DNA of 64,000 bases from an uncultured Actinomycetota bacterium (GTDB taxonomy: Bacteria; Actinomycetota; Actinomycetes; CAVWCF01). The notes below the pieces were generated by a model. The model was not told the origin of the DNA. It saw only the letters and a program-made list of their open reading frames with translations, and ran no database searches. The position numbers were made by a program, and so were the translations under genes. Positions 18,914-29,726 of this stretch are shown here, piece after piece. The DNA lies in contig CAVWCF010000001.1 of the NCBI GenBank assembly GCA_963753435.1, forward strand, positions 1,024,001-1,088,000, read 5' to 3'. Each line of letters opens with the position of its first letter. Positions within the stretch are counted from its first letter, which is position 1.

Positions 18914-20305
18914 CTAGCGGCGCAATCGCCCGGTCACACCACGAGCCCGAGACCCGACGGCACGGCCCTGCCGGCCTAGCCACGCGGGCGCGGCCGCCGC
19001 CAAGGCCAGGGGGCGGGCCGCGAGACCGTCGGGCAACTGCGGAACCCGGACACGACCCGCCTCGACCGCCACGATCGCGGCCACACCGCCGACGATCACC
19101 GTCACCGAGAGAGCCACCGGCAAGACCGCCGGGCCCAGCCCGACCAGCCGCTGCGCCCCCATGGACACCTGACTGAGGGCCACGAGGATCCCAACACCGA
19201 GCCCGGCGAACAGACCGCTGAGGAAACCGGCGGTCAGCAGACCGCCCTCCTGGTTGGTGGTCGCGATGCGGCGCGCCACCAGTCCGGCGATCACCCCGGC
19301 GGCCACCGGAAGCAACAGCAACAGCAGGGACCCGGACGGCGCTTCGCCTGGCTGCGGCAACAGGCCGAAGAGCGGGAACGCCGGCAACTCAGCCGACCCG
19401 ACGCCGGTGGCACTCACCTGCACGCCCTCGCCGAGCAGGAACCCGGGCCCGGTAGCGAACGCGACGACCCAAACCGCGGCGCTGGGAATGGCCAGGACGC
19501 ACAAGACGGCGAGGCTCACCGTGCCCCACACGGTTGCGCCTACGTCCGAAACAGCCGAAGTCACCTCGCCGAAGGAGAACAGGACGGCGAGCAGCACAAC
19601 CGCCATGCCACCGGCAATCAGCACCGCAATGGCGGCCGTGGCACCGGCAAGGCCGGCCCGCAAGCGCTCGGGGAAGAGCGAAAGCAGATTCGTGCGACAC
19701 CCCCGGGCGGCACCCGGGATCGAGCCGGCCAGGGCTACACCGGCCACGACCAAGACGTCGGCCAGACCAAAGGTGGCCTCGGCCGGACCTGACAACATGA
19801 GCGGAACCGCGACCAGCAGGTAGCCGAATGTGACGGAGCCGGCGATCGCCCACGCGTCAGCGCTGCCCCGGCCCAGCGCCGAGACGGCGGCCCGCCGGGC
19901 GCTGACCGCACACACCAGCGCAAGCAGAAGGACGGCACCCAGCGGCGCCGCCTGAACCGTGCCGATGATCGGCTCGGGCACCCCCGGCCCGAGGACCACC
20001 GCAGCCGACGTCCCGTGAGCCAGCACCCAGGCCAGCACCCCAGCGCCAACCGGAATCGAAGCGTCCCCGGAGTGCGGGGCCAAAGCCCAGGTGCCGATTA
20101 CGAGGCCGATCATCACCGCGGCGGTACCCAAGGCAGCCAGTGCGCCACCGAGGACCCCGGTGGCCAAAGGTGACCAGGTCCGGACCGCGGGGCGATCCCC
20201 TGGTGAAGTTGCCGCACCCGACCCGCGCGCGCGCAGCTCACGGGCCTGATCGAGGGTCACCCCATGATCGTCTACGAGTCGTCGTGGCGCTTTGGACAGC
20301 GACAC
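18914..20305 (-). CDS. DUF6350/PerM-like multi-pass membrane protein
   Basis: WVLAHG, GPGFLLG and LPAFPLFGLLP motifs; conserved position between sucD and purN. Confidence 0.8.
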   Translation of the reverse strand: MSLSKAPRRLVDDHGVTLDQARELRARGSGAATSPGDRPAVRTWSPLATGVLGGALAALGTAAVMIGLVIGTWALAPHSGDASIPVGAGVLAWVLAHGTSAAVVLGPGVPEPIIGTVQAAPLGAVLLLALVCAVSARRAAVSALGRGSADAWAIAGSVTFGYLLVAVPLMLSGPAEATFGLADVLVVAGVALAGSIPGAARGCRTNLLSLFPERLRAGLAGATAAIAVLIAGGMAVVLLAVLFSFGEVTSAVSDVGATVWGTVSLAVLCVLAIPSAAVWVVAFATGPGFLLGEGVQVSATGVGSAELPAFPLFGLLPQPGEAPSGSLLLLLLPVAAGVIAGLVARRIATTNQEGGLLTAGFLSGLFAGLGVGILVALSQVSMGAQRLVGLGPAVLPVALSVTVIVGGVAAIVAVEAGRVRVPQLPDGLAARPLALAAAAPAWLGRQGRAVGSRARGVTGRLRR

Positions 20306-20315
20306 GCAACGGCAC

Positions 20316-21197
20316 TCAGCCGGTGACGATCTCCCGCATGAGTCGCGCGGTCTCGCTCGGGGTCTTGCCGACGCGAACGCCGACCGCTTCGAGGGCTTCC
20401 TGCTTGGCCTGCGCGGTGCCGGAGGAGCCCGACACGATGGCGCCGGCGTGCCCCATCGTCTTGCCTTCTGGCGCGGTGAAGCCGGCGACGTACCCGACGA
20501 CCGGCTTGGTCACGTTCGCAGCGATGAAGTCGGCGGCCCGCTCCTCGGCGTCGCCGCCGATCTCGCCGATCATGACGATGGCGTCGGTGTCCGGGTCGTC
20601 CTGGAAAGCGGCGAGGCAGTCGATGTGGGTGGTCCCGATGACCGGGTCACCACCGATCCCCACGCAGGTGCTGAAGCCGATGTCCCGCAACTCGTACATC
20701 ATCTGGTAGGTCAACGTTCCGGACTTGCTCACCAGCCCGATGCGCCCGGGCTTGGTGATGTCCCCCGGGATGATGCCCGCGTTGGACTGCCCCGGGCTGA
20801 TCAGACCGGGACAGTTCGGTCCCACGATGCGGGTGCCACCGGAGTTGGTCGCGTACTGGAAGAACTCCGCGGTGTCCCTGACGGGGATGCCCTCGGTGAT
20901 CACGACGCAAAGCGGGACCCCGGCGTCAACCGTCTCGATGACAGCGCCCTTGGCGAAGCGCGGCGGCACGAAGACGACGGAGACGTCGGCGCCCGTTGCC
21001 GCAACCGCGTCCGGCACCGAGTTGAACACCGGGATGTCGCCACTGCCGCCGTCGACGGCCTGGCCGCCCTTGCCCGGCGTCACCCCGGCCACGACGTTGC
21101 TGCCGGAGGCGACCATGCGCCTGGTGTGCTTGGTGCCCTCGGAACCGGTGATCCCCTGCACCAGGATCCGCGATTCGGAGTTCAGATAGATCGCCAC
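20316..21197 (-). CDS. sucD: Succinyl-CoA synthetase alpha subunit
   Basis: QGITG, GPNCPG and MGHAGA motifs. Confidence 0.98.
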   Translation of the reverse strand: MAIYLNSESRILVQGITGSEGTKHTRRMVASGSNVVAGVTPGKGGQAVDGGSGDIPVFNSVPDAVAATGADVSVVFVPPRFAKGAVIETVDAGVPLCVVITEGIPVRDTAEFFQYATNSGGTRIVGPNCPGLISPGQSNAGIIPGDITKPGRIGLVSKSGTLTYQMMYELRDIGFSTCVGIGGDPVIGTTHIDCLAAFQDDPDTDAIVMIGEIGGDAEERAADFIAANVTKPVVGYVAGFTAPEGKTMGHAGAIVSGSSGTAQAKQEALEAVGVRVGKTPSETARLMREIVTG

Positions 21198-21208
21198 GTC
21201 AACCCGCC

Positions 21209-22384
21209 TCAGGCCTGTGCGGCCAGTTCGGCCACCCGGCGGGCGGCACCGTCCATCGTGTCCACCATCTCGACGATGTCGTGCTCGGCTTCGTCGAGGA
21301 TGCGCCGCCCTTCGGCGGCGTTATTGCCGTCCAGTCGCACCACCAGCGGCTTGGTGATGGCCTGTCCGTGGCTCTTGAGCAGTTCCAGCGCCTGCACGAT
21401 CCCGTTGGCAACCGCGTCGCAGGCGGTGATCCCGCCGAAGACGTTCACCAGGACCGCCTTGACCTCGGGGTCGGAAAGGATGATCTCCAGGCCGTCGGCC
21501 ATCACCTCCGCGCTGGCCCCGCCACCGATGTCCAGGAAGTTGGCCGGCTTGACCCCGCCGAACTCCGCACCGGCATAGGCGACGACGTCCAGGGTGCTCA
21601 TCACCAGTCCGGCGCCGTTGCCGATGATCCCCACCTCGCCGCTCAACTTCACGTAGTTGAGGTCCTTCTCCTGCGCCCGCTGCTCCAGCGGGTCCGTGGC
21701 GGCGTGGTCGACCAGGTCGGCGTGGTGCGGATGCCGGAAGCCAGCGTTGTCGTCGATGGTGACCTTGCCGTCCAGCGCCACGACGCGACCGTCCGGGGTC
21801 TTCACCAGGGGGTTCACCTCAACCAGGGAGGCGTCCTCCTCGACGAACACCGTCCATAGGTGCATCAGCACATCCACGACCTGATCGAAGACGTCCGGGC
21901 CGAAGCCCGCCACCGTCGCGATCTCACGAGCTTTGGCCTCGTCGACACCGGTGAGTGCGTCCACGGCGACCTTGGCCAGCGCCTCGGGCCGTTCCTCGGC
22001 CAACTGCTCGATCTCCATGCCGCCCTCGACCGAGGCCATGGCCAGGTACGTGCGGTTGGCGCGATCAAGCAGGAAAGAGACGTAGTACTCCGTCTCGATG
22101 TCCTCCGCCGGGGTGACCAGGACCTTCTTGACGATGTGGCCCTTGATGTCCAGGCCCAGGATCGCCTCGGCCTTTTCCGCGGCCTCGTCGGGGTTCTGCG
22201 CCAGCTTGACGCCGCCCGCCTTGCCGCGACCACCGGTCTTGACCTGGGCCTTGACCACCACCAGACCGCCGTGCTCGGCGGCAGCGGCGCGAGCCGCCTC
22301 CGGTTCGGTGACCACGGTCCCGGATTGCGTTGGCACGCCGTGCTTGGCGAACAATTCCTTCGCCTGGTACTCGTACAGATCCAC
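21209..22384 (-). CDS. sucC: Succinyl-CoA synthetase beta subunit
   Basis: [21 protein letters not shown] and [10 protein letters not shown] motifs. Confidence 0.98.
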   Translation of the reverse strand: MDLYEYQAKELFAKHGVPTQSGTVVTEPEAARAAAAEHGGLVVVKAQVKTGGRGKAGGVKLAQNPDEAAEKAEAILGLDIKGHIVKKVLVTPAEDIETEYYVSFLLDRANRTYLAMASVEGGMEIEQLAEERPEALAKVAVDALTGVDEAKAREIATVAGFGPDVFDQVVDVLMHLWTVFVEEDASLVEVNPLVKTPDGRVVALDGKVTIDDNAGFRHPHHADLVDHAATDPLEQRAQEKDLNYVKLSGEVGIIGNGAGLVMSTLDVVAYAGAEFGGVKPANFLDIGGGASAEVMADGLEIILSDPEVKAVLVNVFGGITACDAVANGIVQALELLKSHGQAITKPLVVRLDGNNAAEGRRILDEAEHDIVEMVDTMDGAARRVAELAAQA

Positions 22385-22428
22385 GCCTGGTGTCCTCTTT
22401 CGCGGGGGTGGGCGGCCTCGAACCCTAG

Positions 22429-22881
22429 TCAGGCGCCCACATTGGTAGTGACCCAGTCCACGATCTCCCGGGTCGGGGTTCCAGGGGTGAACACGTGAGC
22501 CACCCCGGCTTGCAGCAGTTCCGGGATGTCCGCCTGCGGGATGATCCCGCCGCCGAAGACCACGATGTCGGTGGCGTCCTTCTCCGCAAGCAGTCGCACC
22601 ACAGCGGGGAACAGCGTCAGATGCGCGCCGGACAGGATGGACAGTCCGATGGCATCCGCGTCCTCTTGGATCGCGGTTTCGACGATCTGATCCGGCGTCT
22701 GGTGCAGCCCGGTGTAGACGACCTCGATGCCGGCGTCGCGCAGCGCCCGGGCCACGACCTTGGCCCCACGGTCATGACCGTCCAGACCGGGCTTGGCCAC
22801 CACCACGCGCAACGGTGCCGCTTGCGCTTCCGGGCCCTTGCCGGGCGCAGAAGCTGCCGAACCTGATGGGGAGGCGGACAC
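22429..22881 (-). CDS. Cobalamin-binding small subunit of methylmalonyl/isobutyryl-CoA mutase (IcmB-like)
   Basis: [13 protein letters not shown] (DxHxxG), SILSGAH and GGIIP motifs; start GTG 22881 after TACGCT -10. Confidence 0.9.
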   Translation of the reverse strand: MSASPSGSAASAPGKGPEAQAAPLRVVVAKPGLDGHDRGAKVVARALRDAGIEVVYTGLHQTPDQIVETAIQEDADAIGLSILSGAHLTLFPAVVRLLAEKDATDIVVFGGGIIPQADIPELLQAGVAHVFTPGTPTREIVDWVTTNVGA

Positions 22882-22971
22882 GGTGCGAGCGTAGTCGCGA
22901 CGAATCTGCGACGAACATTCGGGCACTTGCCCCTTTGAACAAGGCCGGCGCTGACCTAACGTCGCCTCGCT

Positions 22972-23937
22972 ATGCACGACATGGGCGCAGTGGGCGCACG
23001 GCTGGGACAGGTCGCCGACGACGTAGTGGGCGTGGCGCGCACGCTCATGACGCCGCGAGGGGTGATCGGGGCCGCCACCGAGTTCGCCTGGCAGGCGACG
23101 CACTTGGCCATCTACCCGTGGGGGCTGCTGCGGGACCGCCTGATCATTGACGAGGCCCGCCTGCGGTTGGACGACCTGCCGCCGATCCGGCGCAGCTTGG
23201 CCGTTGGTGATGTGGAGGCGGCGTCCACGCCGATCGTCCTGCTGCACGGTGTCGGGGACAACCGCTCCATCTTCGCCCTGCTGCGGCGCGGACTCCGCCG
23301 CCGCGGGTTCGACCGCGTGCTCGGCTACAACTACAGCCCGTTCTCCTCCGACATCAGGGACGTCGCGGCCGAGTTGGCCGATGTCATCGAGAAGTTGTGC
23401 GAGGAGACCGGGTTCGAGCGCATCCACGTGATCGGCCACTCCATGGGCGGCCTGGTTGCGCGGTACTACGTGCAGCGCCTCGGTGGCGACGCCCGAGTGC
23501 ACACGCTGGTCACCTTGGGAACGCCACACTCGGGCACCCAGGTGGCGCGGTTGGTCCCGCACTCACTGGCGCGGCAGTTGCGGCCCGACAGCGACCTGAT
23601 GTCCGAACTGACCGAACCGGCCGAGTGCCGGACTCGGTTCCTGGCGGTTTGGAGCGACCTGGACCAGGTCGTCATCCCGCAGCGGTCAGCGCGGGTGGAT
23701 CACCCGGACCTGGGCGCCCGCAACGTCCTCGTGCGCGGCGTCGGACACCAGTCGCTGCCGGTGCATGGCCGGGTAATCCACGAGATATGCACCGCGCTGG
23801 CCCATCTTGATCATGAAGGCACCCAGACCGCCGCGGGTGTGACATCCCTCACGGCGGAGCGCGGTCGGCGGCCCGGCCGCAGCGGCGCCGCCAAGAACAC
23901 CACGGCGGCGCCAGCGCGACGGGCCCGCCGCAACTGA
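22972..23937 (+). CDS. Alpha/beta hydrolase (lipase/esterase)
   Basis: LLHG, IGHSMGG nucleophile elbow and TLGTPHSG motifs. Confidence 0.9.
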   Translation: MHDMGAVGARLGQVADDVVGVARTLMTPRGVIGAATEFAWQATHLAIYPWGLLRDRLIIDEARLRLDDLPPIRRSLAVGDVEAASTPIVLLHGVGDNRSIFALLRRGLRRRGFDRVLGYNYSPFSSDIRDVAAELADVIEKLCEETGFERIHVIGHSMGGLVARYYVQRLGGDARVHTLVTLGTPHSGTQVARLVPHSLARQLRPDSDLMSELTEPAECRTRFLAVWSDLDQVVIPQRSARVDHPDLGARNVLVRGVGHQSLPVHGRVIHEICTALAHLDHEGTQTAAGVTSLTAERGRRPGRSGAAKNTTAAPARRARRN

Positions 23938-23958
23938 CCTGCACGGACGTCCGCAGAG

Positions 23959-23974
23959 TGTGATCTGGGTCACC
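23959..23974. promoter_or_regulatory. CRP/GlxR-type site upstream of the M23 peptidase gene
   Basis: TGTGA-TCTGGG-TCACC, one mismatch to TGTGA-N6-TCACA. Confidence 0.6.
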
Positions 23975-24128
23975 GCCGATCACGGTCGCCGCGGCTCACT
24001 TGGCTGCTGAGCCAGGGCGTGTTGCGCTCTTCGGCCCTTCTGGCTAGCCGTTTGGCCCTGCCTACTCGTGGGTAACCCCGCCATGTCCCAAGGCCCCCGG
24101 CCGGTTCCCCTCCGAAAGGCCCGCCCCG

Positions 24129-24914
24129 ATGACCCCGCACCCCCGACACGCTCGCTCCGTCCACCACGTCCGGCAGCTGCGGTCCAACCGCGCCGTGCGC
24201 GTTGGTGGCGCCGGGATCGGCGCCCTGGCGCTAATTGGCGCGATCATCGGCAGCGGTAGTGCCGGCGCACAGGTCTCGTCCTACTCCCCGCTGGCTTCGG
24301 AACAGACCCAGGGCCCGGAGCGGCCTGTTGAAGGATCAGACGCGTGGGCGGAGATGAAGGCGGCCGCGGAACTGGCTGAGCGCCGGGCCGCGGAAGCCGA
24401 AGCAGCTCGACAGGCAGCAGCAGCCGCGGCAGCGAAGGCCGCCGCGGAAAAGAAGGCAGCCGAGGTCGCCGCAGCACGCAAGGCTGCTGCCGCGAAGGCT
24501 GCTCGTGCCGCCGCACGCGCCGCGTGGGTGGCGCCGCTCACCAACTACCGAATTTCTGCCGGTTTCGGCGCCGGTGGCTCACTGTGGTCTTCAGGCCAGC
24601 ACACCGGCCAGGACTTCTCCGCGCCCCGAGGCACCCCAGTCCGCGCAGTAGCCGCGGGCACGGTCATCAGCGCCGGCTCGGCCGGCCGCTACGGCAAGCA
24701 GATCGCGATCCGCCACAGCGACGGGACCGTAACGACGTATTCGCACCTGTCGTCCATCTCCGTGGGCTCCGGCACCGTCAAGACCGGCCAGAAGATCGGC
24801 GCCGTCGGCAGCACCGGCAACGCCACCGGTTCGCACCTGCACTTCGAGGTGCTCCGTGGCGGCGCCCAGGTCAACCCGCTGAAGTACCTGCGGGCAAAGG
24901 GCGCTCGCGTCTGA
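24129..24914 (+). CDS. M23 family metallo-endopeptidase (cell-wall hydrolase)
   Basis: HTGQD (HxxxD), YSHL and HLHFEV motifs; N-terminal TM plus Ala-rich coiled coil. Confidence 0.93.
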   Translation: MTPHPRHARSVHHVRQLRSNRAVRVGGAGIGALALIGAIIGSGSAGAQVSSYSPLASEQTQGPERPVEGSDAWAEMKAAAELAERRAAEAEAARQAAAAAAAKAAAEKKAAEVAAARKAAAAKAARAAARAAWVAPLTNYRISAGFGAGGSLWSSGQHTGQDFSAPRGTPVRAVAAGTVISAGSAGRYGKQIAIRHSDGTVTTYSHLSSISVGSGTVKTGQKIGAVGSTGNATGSHLHFEVLRGGAQVNPLKYLRAKGARV

Positions 24915-24929
24915 GCGGACGAGTTCGGC

Positions 24930-24965
24930 TTCGGCCTGCGGCGTGAGGGCACGTCGCAGGCTGAA
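24930..24965 (+). terminator. Intrinsic terminator between convergent M23 and pcrA
   Basis: TTCGGCCTGCGGCGTG-AGGG-CACGTCGCAGGCTGAA followed by CGCTTTT. Confidence 0.65.
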
Positions 24966-24986
24966 CGCTTTTCCGGCCGGTTCCCG

Positions 24987-27251
24987 CTACAGCCGCTCGA
25001 CGGGTGCGTAGCGCAGCAACAGCCGTTTGGTGCCGAGCTCACCGAAATCGATGGTCGCCTCGGAGTTCGCCCCGCCGCCGGCGGTGGCCACAACGGTGCC
25101 GAGACCGAAGGTGTCGTGGGAAACCCGGTCCCCCGGGGTCAGGCTGATGACCTCACGGTTGCCGGGACTAGCCGTACCGCGGCGGCTGGCCGCGGCGGCC
25201 AAACTGGGAGCGGTCCTGCCGGTGGCAACCGTTGCCGGGCGCTCCCACTCGATTAGTTCGGCGGGGATCTCCTCCAGGAACCGACTGGCCGGCCACGCCT
25301 GCGGCTGCCCCCACGCGGATCGGCTGAGTGCTCGGGAGACGTGCAGTCGCTGCCGGGCCCGGGTTATCCCCACGTACGCCAGCCGGCGTTCCTCGGCCAA
25401 CTCTGCGGCCTCCCCCAGGGATCGGCTGTGCGGGAAGACGCCGTCCTCCATGCCGGTCAGGAACACCACCGGGAACTCCAAGCCCTTGGCGGTGTGCAGC
25501 GTCATCAACGTCACGACCTTGTCGACGGCGTCGGGGATCTCGTCGGCATCAGCAACCAGGGCCACCCGTTCGAGGAAGTCCGCCAGCGTCCCGTCGGGGC
25601 GGGCCTGGATGAACTCCGAGGCGACCGCCTCCAGCTCGCGCAGGTTCTCCACGCGCGTTTCGTCCTGCGGGTCCGCGCTGCGCTCCAGTTCAGCCAGGTA
25701 CCCGGACTTCACGAGGATGTGCTGAATCAGGTCAGCGGGCGGAGCGCCGTCGGCGGTTATCTCCAGCAGTTCGTCCCACATCTTCACGAAGGCCTGGATG
25801 GCGGCCAGCGACCGCGACGCGAGGTGCTCTGACTCCTCGGCGCGACGCAGCGCCTGGCCGAAGCCGATCCCGTAGGTCGCGGCCAGCGCGTCAACTGCGG
25901 CCTCAGCCCGCTCACCGATGCCCCGGCGGGGGGTGTTCAGGATGCGCCGCAGGCTCACCTCGTCGTCCGGGTTGGCCAGGATCCGCAGGTAGGCCAGCGC
26001 GTCGCGAATCTCCTTGCGCTCGTAGAAGCGCACCGCGCCGACGACGCGGTAGGGCATGCCCGTGCGGATGAACACTTCCTCAAACACCCGGGACTGCGCG
26101 TTGGTGCGATAGAAGACAGCTACATCGCCGGGGACCGCCTGGCCCGCGTCGGAGAGCGCGTCGATGCGGGAGGCGACCCAAGCCGCCTCGTCGTGTTCGT
26201 TGTCGGCGACGTACCCGACGATCCGGTCGCCGGCACCGGCGTCGGTCCACAGGCGCTTCTCCGGACGGTCCGGGTTACGCGCAATCACCGCGTTCGCTGC
26301 GGACAGCACGGTCTGGGTGGATCGGTAGTTCTGCTCCAACAGGATGGTGCGCGCGGCCGGGTAATCCGCCTCGAACTGCAGGATGTTTCGGATCGTCGCA
26401 CCGCGGAACGCGTAGATGGCCTGGTCGGAGTCCCCGACGACCAGCAACTCCGCGGGCGGCAGTTTGGGGTTCGCAGTCCCGACCAACTCCCGGATCAGCG
26501 CGTACTGCGCATGGTTGGTGTCCTGGTACTCGTCTACCAGGATGTGCCGGAAGCGGCGGCGGTAGTGCTCGGCCACATCCGGGTGCGTCCGCAGCAGGTG
26601 CACTGTTCTGGCGATCAGGTCGTCGAAGTCGGCCGCGTTGGCTGCGGCCAACCGCCGCTCGTACTCGGTGAAGACGTCAACAGCGGTCCGTTGCAGGTGG
26701 TCGGCGGCGACGCTGGCCGCGGCCGATGCATCCAGGAGGTCGTTCTTCCACGACGAGATGCGGTTGGCGATGGCGCGCGGCGGGTAGCGGCGGGGGTCCA
26801 GGTCGCGATCGCGGCAGATGGCGGTGATGAGCCGCAACGAGTCGGTGGCGTCGTAGATGGAGAAGGACGAGGACATCCCCAGGTGGGCCGCCTCGCGGCG
26901 CAGGATCCGCACGCACGCGGAGTGGAAGGTAGACACCCACATGGACCGGGCGCGCGGCCCGACCAGGTCCACAACCCGCTCGCGCATCTCGGCCGCGGCC
27001 TTGTTCGTGAACGTGATGGCGAGGATCTCGCCAGGTTGGGCGTCACCGGAGGCCAGCAGATGCGCGATGCGGCGGGTGAGCACGCGAGTCTTGCCCGAAC
27101 CCGCGCCGGCGACGACCAGAACCGGCCCGCCGCGATGGGCGACAGCTTCGGCCTGCTGTGGGTTGAGTCCCTCCAGCAGCGCGGCCGGGTCCGCGACCGC
27201 GGGGCGGCCGACTGGAACCGGCAGGTCGAGGTCGTCGAATAGCGTGCTCAT
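24987..27251 (-). CDS. pcrA: ATP-dependent DNA helicase PcrA/UvrD1
   Basis: AGAGSGKT, VDEYQDTN, EERRLAYVGITRA motifs and C-terminal Tudor-like domain. Confidence 0.97.
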   Translation of the reverse strand: MSTLFDDLDLPVPVGRPAVADPAALLEGLNPQQAEAVAHRGGPVLVVAGAGSGKTRVLTRRIAHLLASGDAQPGEILAITFTNKAAAEMRERVVDLVGPRARSMWVSTFHSACVRILRREAAHLGMSSSFSIYDATDSLRLITAICRDRDLDPRRYPPRAIANRISSWKNDLLDASAAASVAADHLQRTAVDVFTEYERRLAAANAADFDDLIARTVHLLRTHPDVAEHYRRRFRHILVDEYQDTNHAQYALIRELVGTANPKLPPAELLVVGDSDQAIYAFRGATIRNILQFEADYPAARTILLEQNYRSTQTVLSAANAVIARNPDRPEKRLWTDAGAGDRIVGYVADNEHDEAAWVASRIDALSDAGQAVPGDVAVFYRTNAQSRVFEEVFIRTGMPYRVVGAVRFYERKEIRDALAYLRILANPDDEVSLRRILNTPRRGIGERAEAAVDALAATYGIGFGQALRRAEESEHLASRSLAAIQAFVKMWDELLEITADGAPPADLIQHILVKSGYLAELERSADPQDETRVENLRELEAVASEFIQARPDGTLADFLERVALVADADEIPDAVDKVVTLMTLHTAKGLEFPVVFLTGMEDGVFPHSRSLGEAAELAEERRLAYVGITRARQRLHVSRALSRSAWGQPQAWPASRFLEEIPAELIEWERPATVATGRTAPSLAAAASRRGTASPGNREVISLTPGDRVSHDTFGLGTVVATAGGGANSEATIDFGELGTKRLLLRYAPVERL

Positions 27252-27337
27252 CGCACCGCCACTTTAGGTGGCGGCGCCGACGCGGTGCCGGGCCATGCCG
27301 CGCCGGGCGCGCGGTCGCGGACAGTGACCGTGCCAGG

Positions 27338-28093
27338 ATGAGCGAGCCGCAGCAGCTACGGAGGGGAGCGATCGTGCTTAGCGACGCCGAGGTGGAGCGG
27401 GCACTGGTGGTCACGGCTCATCCGGACGACGTGGACTTTGGCGCTTCCGGGACCATCGCCACTTGGTCGGACGCAGGCATCGCAGTTACGTACTGCGTCT
27501 GCACGGACGGGCAGGCCGGCGGGTTCGACCCGGAGTTGCCGCGCGAGCGCATCCCGGAGATCCGGCGAGCCGAACAGATCGCCGCGGCGCGGGTCGCCGG
27601 GGTGACCGATGTTCGCTTCCTGGGGTACGTGGATGGCGAGTTGGAGGTGACCCGCGATCTGGTGCGCGACATCGTCCGGGTCATCCGCCAGGTTCGGCCG
27701 CAGCGCGTGATGCTCATGAACCCCGAACGTTGGTGGGATCGCATCGGCGCCTCCCATGCCGACCACATGGCGTCCGGTGAGGCCACGATCCGCGCCGTCT
27801 ACCCCGAGTCGCGCAACCCCTTCGCCTTCCCGGCGCTGCTGGCCGAGGAGGGGCTGGAGGCATGGACGGTGCCGGAGGTTTGGGTGATGGCCGTACCCGA
27901 CCCCAACCACTTCGTCGACGTGACCGAGCAGTTCGACCGCAAGATCGAAGCCATCATGGCGCATGAGTCTCAGCACCCGGACCGCGACAAGGTTCCCGAG
28001 ATGGTGCGCACATGGATGGTCGGAAACGCCGAACGCGCCCCGCTACCGGAGGGCCGGCTGGCCGAGGCGTTTCGCGTTCACAGCACCGGCTAG
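27338..28093 (+). CDS. PIG-L/LmbE family deacetylase
   Basis: AHPDDVD, RRAEQ, SHADH and HESQ motifs. Confidence 0.92.
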   Translation: MSEPQQLRRGAIVLSDAEVERALVVTAHPDDVDFGASGTIATWSDAGIAVTYCVCTDGQAGGFDPELPRERIPEIRRAEQIAAARVAGVTDVRFLGYVDGELEVTRDLVRDIVRVIRQVRPQRVMLMNPERWWDRIGASHADHMASGEATIRAVYPESRNPFAFPALLAEEGLEAWTVPEVWVMAVPDPNHFVDVTEQFDRKIEAIMAHESQHPDRDKVPEMVRTWMVGNAERAPLPEGRLAEAFRVHSTG

Positions 28094-28128
28094 ACCGCGC
28101 CGGCCAGCCCCGCCGGCCCAGGCCGGGA

Positions 28129-28470
28129 CTACCAGAGAACCGCGATTGCGATGTTCGCGACGGTGAGCAGCCCGATGGCCCACCACACCCCGGCGCTGAT
28201 GGAGTCCCGCTTGCGGTTGATCCATGCCAGCGCAGTGATGACCAGAATGATCACGGTCTTCACCGTGATCTTGGCGTTGTCCGGTTCGCCGTCGTCGGCG
28301 TAGATCAAGCCGACCAGCAAGATGCCGGTGACCAGCTGAGTGAGCGCGCCGTGCAGCATCGCGGAGTTCACGACCTTCGTGGGTGTCCGCAACTGGACGA
28401 AGAAGCCGCCGAACAGGGCAGACATGCCGATGAAATGCAGGATCAGGACCAGGTCACGAACGAAATCCAT
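28129..28470 (-). CDS. Small 4-TM membrane protein
   Basis: LHFIGM, MLHGALTQLVTG, KITVK and NIAIAVLW motifs; leaderless-type start. Confidence 0.75.
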   Translation of the reverse strand: MDFVRDLVLILHFIGMSALFGGFFVQLRTPTKVVNSAMLHGALTQLVTGILLVGLIYADDGEPDNAKITVKTVIILVITALAWINRKRDSISAGVWWAIGLLTVANIAIAVLW

Positions 28471-28542
28471 GGGCGCACCGTAGCCGCGAACGCACCCCGC
28501 TCGACCAAAGGGGACCCGATCGCCGGATAGGTGCCGTGAGAC

Positions 28543-28586
28543 CGGGGTCCTCGGGCCCTGACAGCGACGCCAATGGTTCCTAGGCT
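28543..28586 (+). promoter_or_regulatory. DosR/DevR-type box plus -10 of the hydrogenase operon
   Basis: CGGGGTCCTCGGGCCCTG (GGGNC-N4-GNCCC) centred about 41.5 nt upstream of GTG 28593; TAGGCT at 28581-28586. Confidence 0.65.
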
Positions 28587-28592
28587 GGATGT

Positions 28593-29726
28593 GTGACCAC
28601 CGCCGAGCCCCGGGTTCTGGACTTGGCAGGCGTGCAGGCACTGCTTGACGCCCTGCGCGCGCAGGGCCGCACCGTCATCGGCCCGCGGGCGCGCGATGGC
28701 GCGATCGTGCTCGGCGAAGTCGCGGAAGTGGCTGACCTGCCGGTCGGCTACCGGGACGAGCAGTCCCCAGGTCACTACCGGGCGGGCCCAGCCGCTTCGA
28801 GTACTGCGCTTTTCGCCTACGCGGCGCCGGCGCAGTCCTGGCGACGGTTCCTGCAGCCGGCCCGGGAGTTGTTGTGGGAAGCCAACCGGGCCGAGGACGG
28901 CTTCACCGTCAACCAGCCAGCCCCGCACGCGCAGCCAGTGGCGTTCATCGGCATTCGTTCCTGCGACTTGGCAGCACTGGGGATCACCGACCGGGTGCTG
29001 GGTGCTGGGCGTGACCGCGGGTACACAGCCAGGCGCGGCGACGTCTTCATCGTGACCACTTCCTGCACACACCCCAGTGAGGTCTGCTTCTGCACCTCCA
29101 TGGGGACCGGACCCGCAGCGGACAGCGGCTACGACCTGCGCGTGGTGGAGGTGTGCGACACCGACAGACACGAGTTCCTGGTGGACGCCGGCTCCACTGC
29201 CGGCGCGCAGATGTTGGACCAACTCCCGAACACGGCTGCGGAGCCTGGTCTCGTGCAAGCAGCCGCAGACGCCGTACAGCACGCCGCGGAGTCGATGGTT
29301 CGCGCCATGGACCCGGCCGCACCCAGGCTGGCGGCGCAGTACCCCGATCACCCGCACTGGGACGACGTCGCCTCCAGATGCCTGGCCTGCGCCAACTGCA
29401 CCTTGGTCTGCCCGACCTGCTTCTGCGGCGGGTTTGAGGACCGCACGGACCTGACCGGGCAGACGGCCGAGCGCTGGCGCAACTGGGACTCCTGCTTCAA
29501 CGAAGGCTTCTCGTTCCTGCACGGCGGCCCGGTGCGCGCCGACACCAAGTCCCGCTACCGCCAGTGGCTGATGCACAAACTCGTCACCTGGGAGGACCAG
29601 TTCGGCACGTCCGGATGTGTCGGCTGCGGCCGCTGCATCACTTGGTGTCCACCCGGAATCGATCTGACCGTAGAGATCGCCGCCCTGGCCGAAGCACCGG
29701 GAGGTGCCCATGAGAACCATTCGTGA
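28593..29726 (+). CDS. hyhB: Group 3b [NiFe]-hydrogenase (sulfhydrogenase) beta subunit, 4Fe-4S dicluster
   Basis: GIRSCD, CFCTSMGTG, CLACANCTLVCPTCFC and CVGCGRCITWCP motifs. Confidence 0.9.
   Translation: MTTAEPRVLDLAGVQALLDALRAQGRTVIGPRARDGAIVLGEVAEVADLPVGYRDEQSPGHYRAGPAASSTALFAYAAPAQSWRRFLQPARELLWEANRAEDGFTVNQPAPHAQPVAFIGIRSCDLAALGITDRVLGAGRDRGYTARRGDVFIVTTSCTHPSEVCFCTSMGTGPAADSGYDLRVVEVCDTDRHEFLVDAGSTAGAQMLDQLPNTAAEPGLVQAAADAVQHAAESMVRAMDPAAPRLAAQYPDHPHWDDVASRCLACANCTLVCPTCFCGGFEDRTDLTGQTAERWRNWDSCFNEGFSFLHGGPVRADTKSRYRQWLMHKLVTWEDQFGTSGCVGCGRCITWCPPGIDLTVEIAALAEAPGGAHENHS

Noticed and set aside
18890-18914. ZTP riboswitch ahead of purN-purH
   Set aside because: The intergenic space is only about 22 bp and has leaderless promoter geometry
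23938-24128. Possible c-di-AMP (ydaO) riboswitch ahead of the M23 gene
   Set aside because: The hallmark GCCGAATCC...GGAACC...GGGGTGAA...CCGTCAGCTAAC segments are not visible; an Rfam scan would settle it
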